Position numbers and translations under genes: made by a program. Source: Chiloscyllium plagiosum (lineage: Eukaryota). From it: a stretch of DNA of 64,000 bases. The notes under the pieces were generated by a model, which searched no databases, was not told the DNA's origin, and worked only from the letters and a program-made list of their open reading frames with translations. Location: the NCBI RefSeq assembly GCF_004010195.1, contig NC_057713.1, forward strand, positions 22,560,703 to 22,624,702, read 5' to 3'. Shown here one piece after another: positions 61,134 through 64,000 of the stretch (positions are counted from its first letter, which is position 1; the number at the start of each line of letters is the position of its first letter).

Positions 61134-63890
61134 TTCATAGGAAAATAGGAACAGGAGTAGGCAATTCAGCCCCTCAAGCATGCTCATCCATTCAATAGCA
61201 TCATAGCTGACCTGTGGCCTAACTCAATATGCCTGCTTTTCACCTAAATTTCTTGATCTCCTTGCTTAATAACTGCTTAATGTCTCTAATCTCAGATTTA
61301 AATTTAACAACTGAACTAACATTGACTGTCGTTTGAGGAAGAGAGTTCTAAACCTGTACTGTTCTTTACATGTAGAATTGGTTTCTAACCATCTTTCCTG
61401 AATGGCCTGGCCCTAATTTTTAGACTTTGTTTCCTGATTCTAGAACTCTTCAAACAGTGGAAATACCTTGTCTACCCTGTCTTTCTATATTCATTTCCTC
61501 AAGTCCTTGATTAGATCATCCTTAAACTACTAAATTCTAGATATTAAAGGACTAACTTCCTGATCTCTTCTCATAAATTAACCCCTCAAGCCCAGCTGTC
61601 AGTCTTGTAATCCTATGTTGAGCTCCCTCCATGGCCGAAACATCCTTTCAGAGGTGTGGTGCCCTGACCTTCTCCCAGTACCCAAGATATAAAGGCCAGC
61701 ATTCCGTTAGCCACCTTCAATATTTTCTGCACCTGTTAGTGGCATTTTAGGATCTATACACCTGAATTCCAAAGATTGTTGGACATCTGCTGTATTTAAC
61801 TTTGTGTCTTCTAAAAAATACCCCAATCTATTCTATGTTGGCCCGAGAAAGATAACCTCATACTTGCATATTTTAAAATCCATCTCCCCAGCTTTACCCA
61901 TTCACCTAGTCTATCATTATCCTGTTGTAATTTTATACTGTCACCAGCAAATGCTCCTCAATATTGGGTTGTCAGCAAATTTAGAGATTTGACTTTTTAT
62001 GACCGTATTCGACATTATCACAGTCATTAATGAATATTTTAAAATTTTGAGGTCTCAGGACAGATCCCTGCAGATCAGGACAAATCATGTGCTGCCAAAT
62101 TGAGTATTTAACAATTATTCTTACTCTGTTTTCAGCCACTCCACCAATTTCCTATCCGTGTTAGTAATTTGTCCTGAATTCTATGGCTTCCACCTTAGCT
62201 AACAGCCTTCTGGAAATCCAGATAAACCACACCCTATGTCTCACGTCTGTCCACCACCTTCATCACCTCTTCAAAACACTCTCTGTTCGGGTTTTCAGGC
62301 ATAACCTACCCTCCAAGTCCATGCTGACTCGCCCTGACTCACTGAAGATTTTCAAGGTGATCAATTGCCTTATCCTTGATTCTAGATTCTAGCAATTTCC
62401 TCACTACAGACGTCAGACTAACTGGTCTGTAATTCCCTTGTTTCCCTCTGTCATCCTACTTAAAGAGCAGAGTGACGTGAGCAACTTTCTGCTTCAGGGA
62501 ACTCTGAAAGATTATGATTAAGATGTTAGTAGTGTGTTCTCCTACCTCCTTTAACACCCGTGGACAGAAACCATCAGGTTCTGTAGATTTATTATTCTTT
62601 CAGTTCCATTAATTTCCGCATTTTATTTAGACCCTATCCCTGACTGTCTGTTCTTTTGTTTGGGACTTCTGACAAGCTAACCTCCTTTCCTGCTGCAACT
62701 ACTGAAGCCAAATAATTGTTCAGCATTTCAGTCATTTCCCCATGGCCACTGACAGCATCTCCACTCTCGGCCTTCAATGGACCAGTAGTCCTCTTAACCA
62801 TCCACTTTCCCTTTATATAACTATAAAATTTCTTCTTACTGTCTTTTATGTCCTTTGCAAGTTTCCTTTCATGGTCCTTTTTAGCTTTCTTACGAGCTGC
62901 TTTGTGGTTTTTTGTTGGACTTTGTATTTGTCCCATATGTAAGATCTATCCTGTTCTTTGCATTTTTGTAATGCCTTTCTTTTAATTTTATGCTGTCACT
63001 AACCTCCTTACATGTCCATGGCTTTGTTTGTTTGTTTGAGGTATCTTTGTTTGAGGTGGAGCTTTTTCTTCTCACAGGTACAAACTGCTTCTGAATAGCA
63101 TTAAGCATTCCTTTGAACATTCTCCACTGTCTCTTAGTTGTTTTACTTATTAGCAGAGCTTCACAGTTTACTGTAGACAGTCTCTGACTCATCCTACAAA
63201 GGTTTGTCTTACACAAATTTAAAATTCTAGTAATTGATCTTTTCTTGTCTCTTACAAAAGCTACATGAAACATGATCTTGTTATGATCACTATTTGACAA
63301 TTCCTCATAAACATGAATTAAATCAGGCCCATTGTTCATTACTTGATCCCATATTGCTTGTTGCCTTTTCTCATCCAAGACACATTGTTCTCATAAACTA
63401 TCCCAGACACAGTCTAGAAATTCACAACCTTTCAGACTGATGCTTGTCATCTCTCCCAGTCTATGTTAAGATTAAAGTTTCCAATTACTACTCAGCCTTT
63501 GTTACATCGATGCCTAATTTCTGCATTTATACAATCTTGCACTTCTGAGCTACTGCTAGGTGGCCTATATATGAGCTGAAAAATGTGTTGCTGGAAAAGC
63601 GCAGCAGGTCAGGCAGCATCCAAGGAGCAGGGGAATCGACTTTTTGGGCATAAGCCCTTCTTCAGGCTTATGCCCGAAATGTCGTCCCCTGCTCCTTGAA
63701 TGCTGCCTGTCCTGCTGCGCTTTTCCAGCAACACATTTTTCAGCTCTGATCTCCAGCATCTGCAGTCCTCACATTTTCCCTTTTGGCCTATATATGAGAC
63801 CTATTGTGATTTTAGTTCCTTTATAGTTTCTCACTTCCACCCATAAGATCTCCGCTAGTGCTTTCCCCTCATTACATTCTCACCAGAGAA
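61134..63890 (-). mobile_element. Long decayed CR1 from 3' UTR to APE domain
   Basis: 3' UTR at 61134-61260; ORFs 62634-62936 and 62890-63378(-) K.FYSYIKGK..GPLK, NSDHN, W..FK. Confidence 0.9.
63573..63783 (+). mobile_element. Penelope-like fold-back element (family 1) with perfect 15-bp TSD
   Basis: Inverted arms about 63573-63656 and 63665-63746; TSD TGGCCTATATATGAG at 63561-63575 and 63784-63798. Confidence 0.9.
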
Positions 63891-64000
63891 GAATTCTACA
63901 TCTAATCATACATCTCTTCTAACTCAAATTTGTTTCATGATTAAAAAAATAACAATGCATCTATTAGCCTCTCCATTATTTTGACTCCCTTTGGACTCTG

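Larger units (their letters stand above)
1..64000 (+). other. ADGRB1: Internal part of the ADGRB1/BAI1 transcription unit (gene probably extends beyond both ends of the window)
   Basis: Five in-frame exons. The first starts in phase 2 and the last ends in phase 2, so more exons are needed on both sides; none were recognised in 1-7631 or 55213-64000. Introns: 7759-24344, 24449-33060, 33164-47614, 47766-55142, all GT-AG. Confidence 0.9.

Noticed and set aside
55213-64000. Next ADGRB1 exon (CWLSLEGGLLYAFVGP) and, in 1-7631, the preceding exon (C.LWDE)
   Set aside because: Searched by eye and not found; presumed outside the window. A spliced alignment would confirm.

Overview
Eukaryotic, AT-rich, repeat-dense vertebrate DNA. 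The repeat complement (HE1/V-SINEs with AATCT tails, CR1/HER1-type LINEs, SacSINE1-like DeuSINEs) points to a shark, probably a carpet shark (inference). The window appears to lie inside one + strand gene, ADGRB1 (BAI1, adhesion GPCR B1). The ORF track misses it because the exons are short. Five GT-AG coding exons (7632-7758, 24345-24448, 33061-33163, 47615-47765, 55143-55212) splice in frame (555 nt; 184 whole codons) and encode the GPS/Stachel region and TM1-TM4. I could not find the flanking exons in the window. The introns hold CR1 LINE fragments, a second LINE lineage, an RTE fragment, several tRNA-derived SINE families, two related solo LTRs with 4-bp TSDs, Tigger/pogo-type MITEs, a tRNA-Lys(UUU) pseudogene and many Penelope-like elements. 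Top leads: (1) a CpG island over and just upstream of the GPS exon, plus a strong-Kozak ATG in the next exon, suggesting an ancient internal promoter for an N-terminally truncated BAI1; (2) three families of fold-back Penelope elements carrying minimal hammerhead ribozyme motifs, including a 143-bp near-perfect hairpin; (3) a tRNA-Lys/HE1 chimera; (4) inverted repeats bracketing a 207-nt, stop-free two-exon unit that could circularise. Exon, TSD and hairpin coordinates were counted by hand. Boundaries of old repeats are approximate. Family names come from recall, not from a database search.
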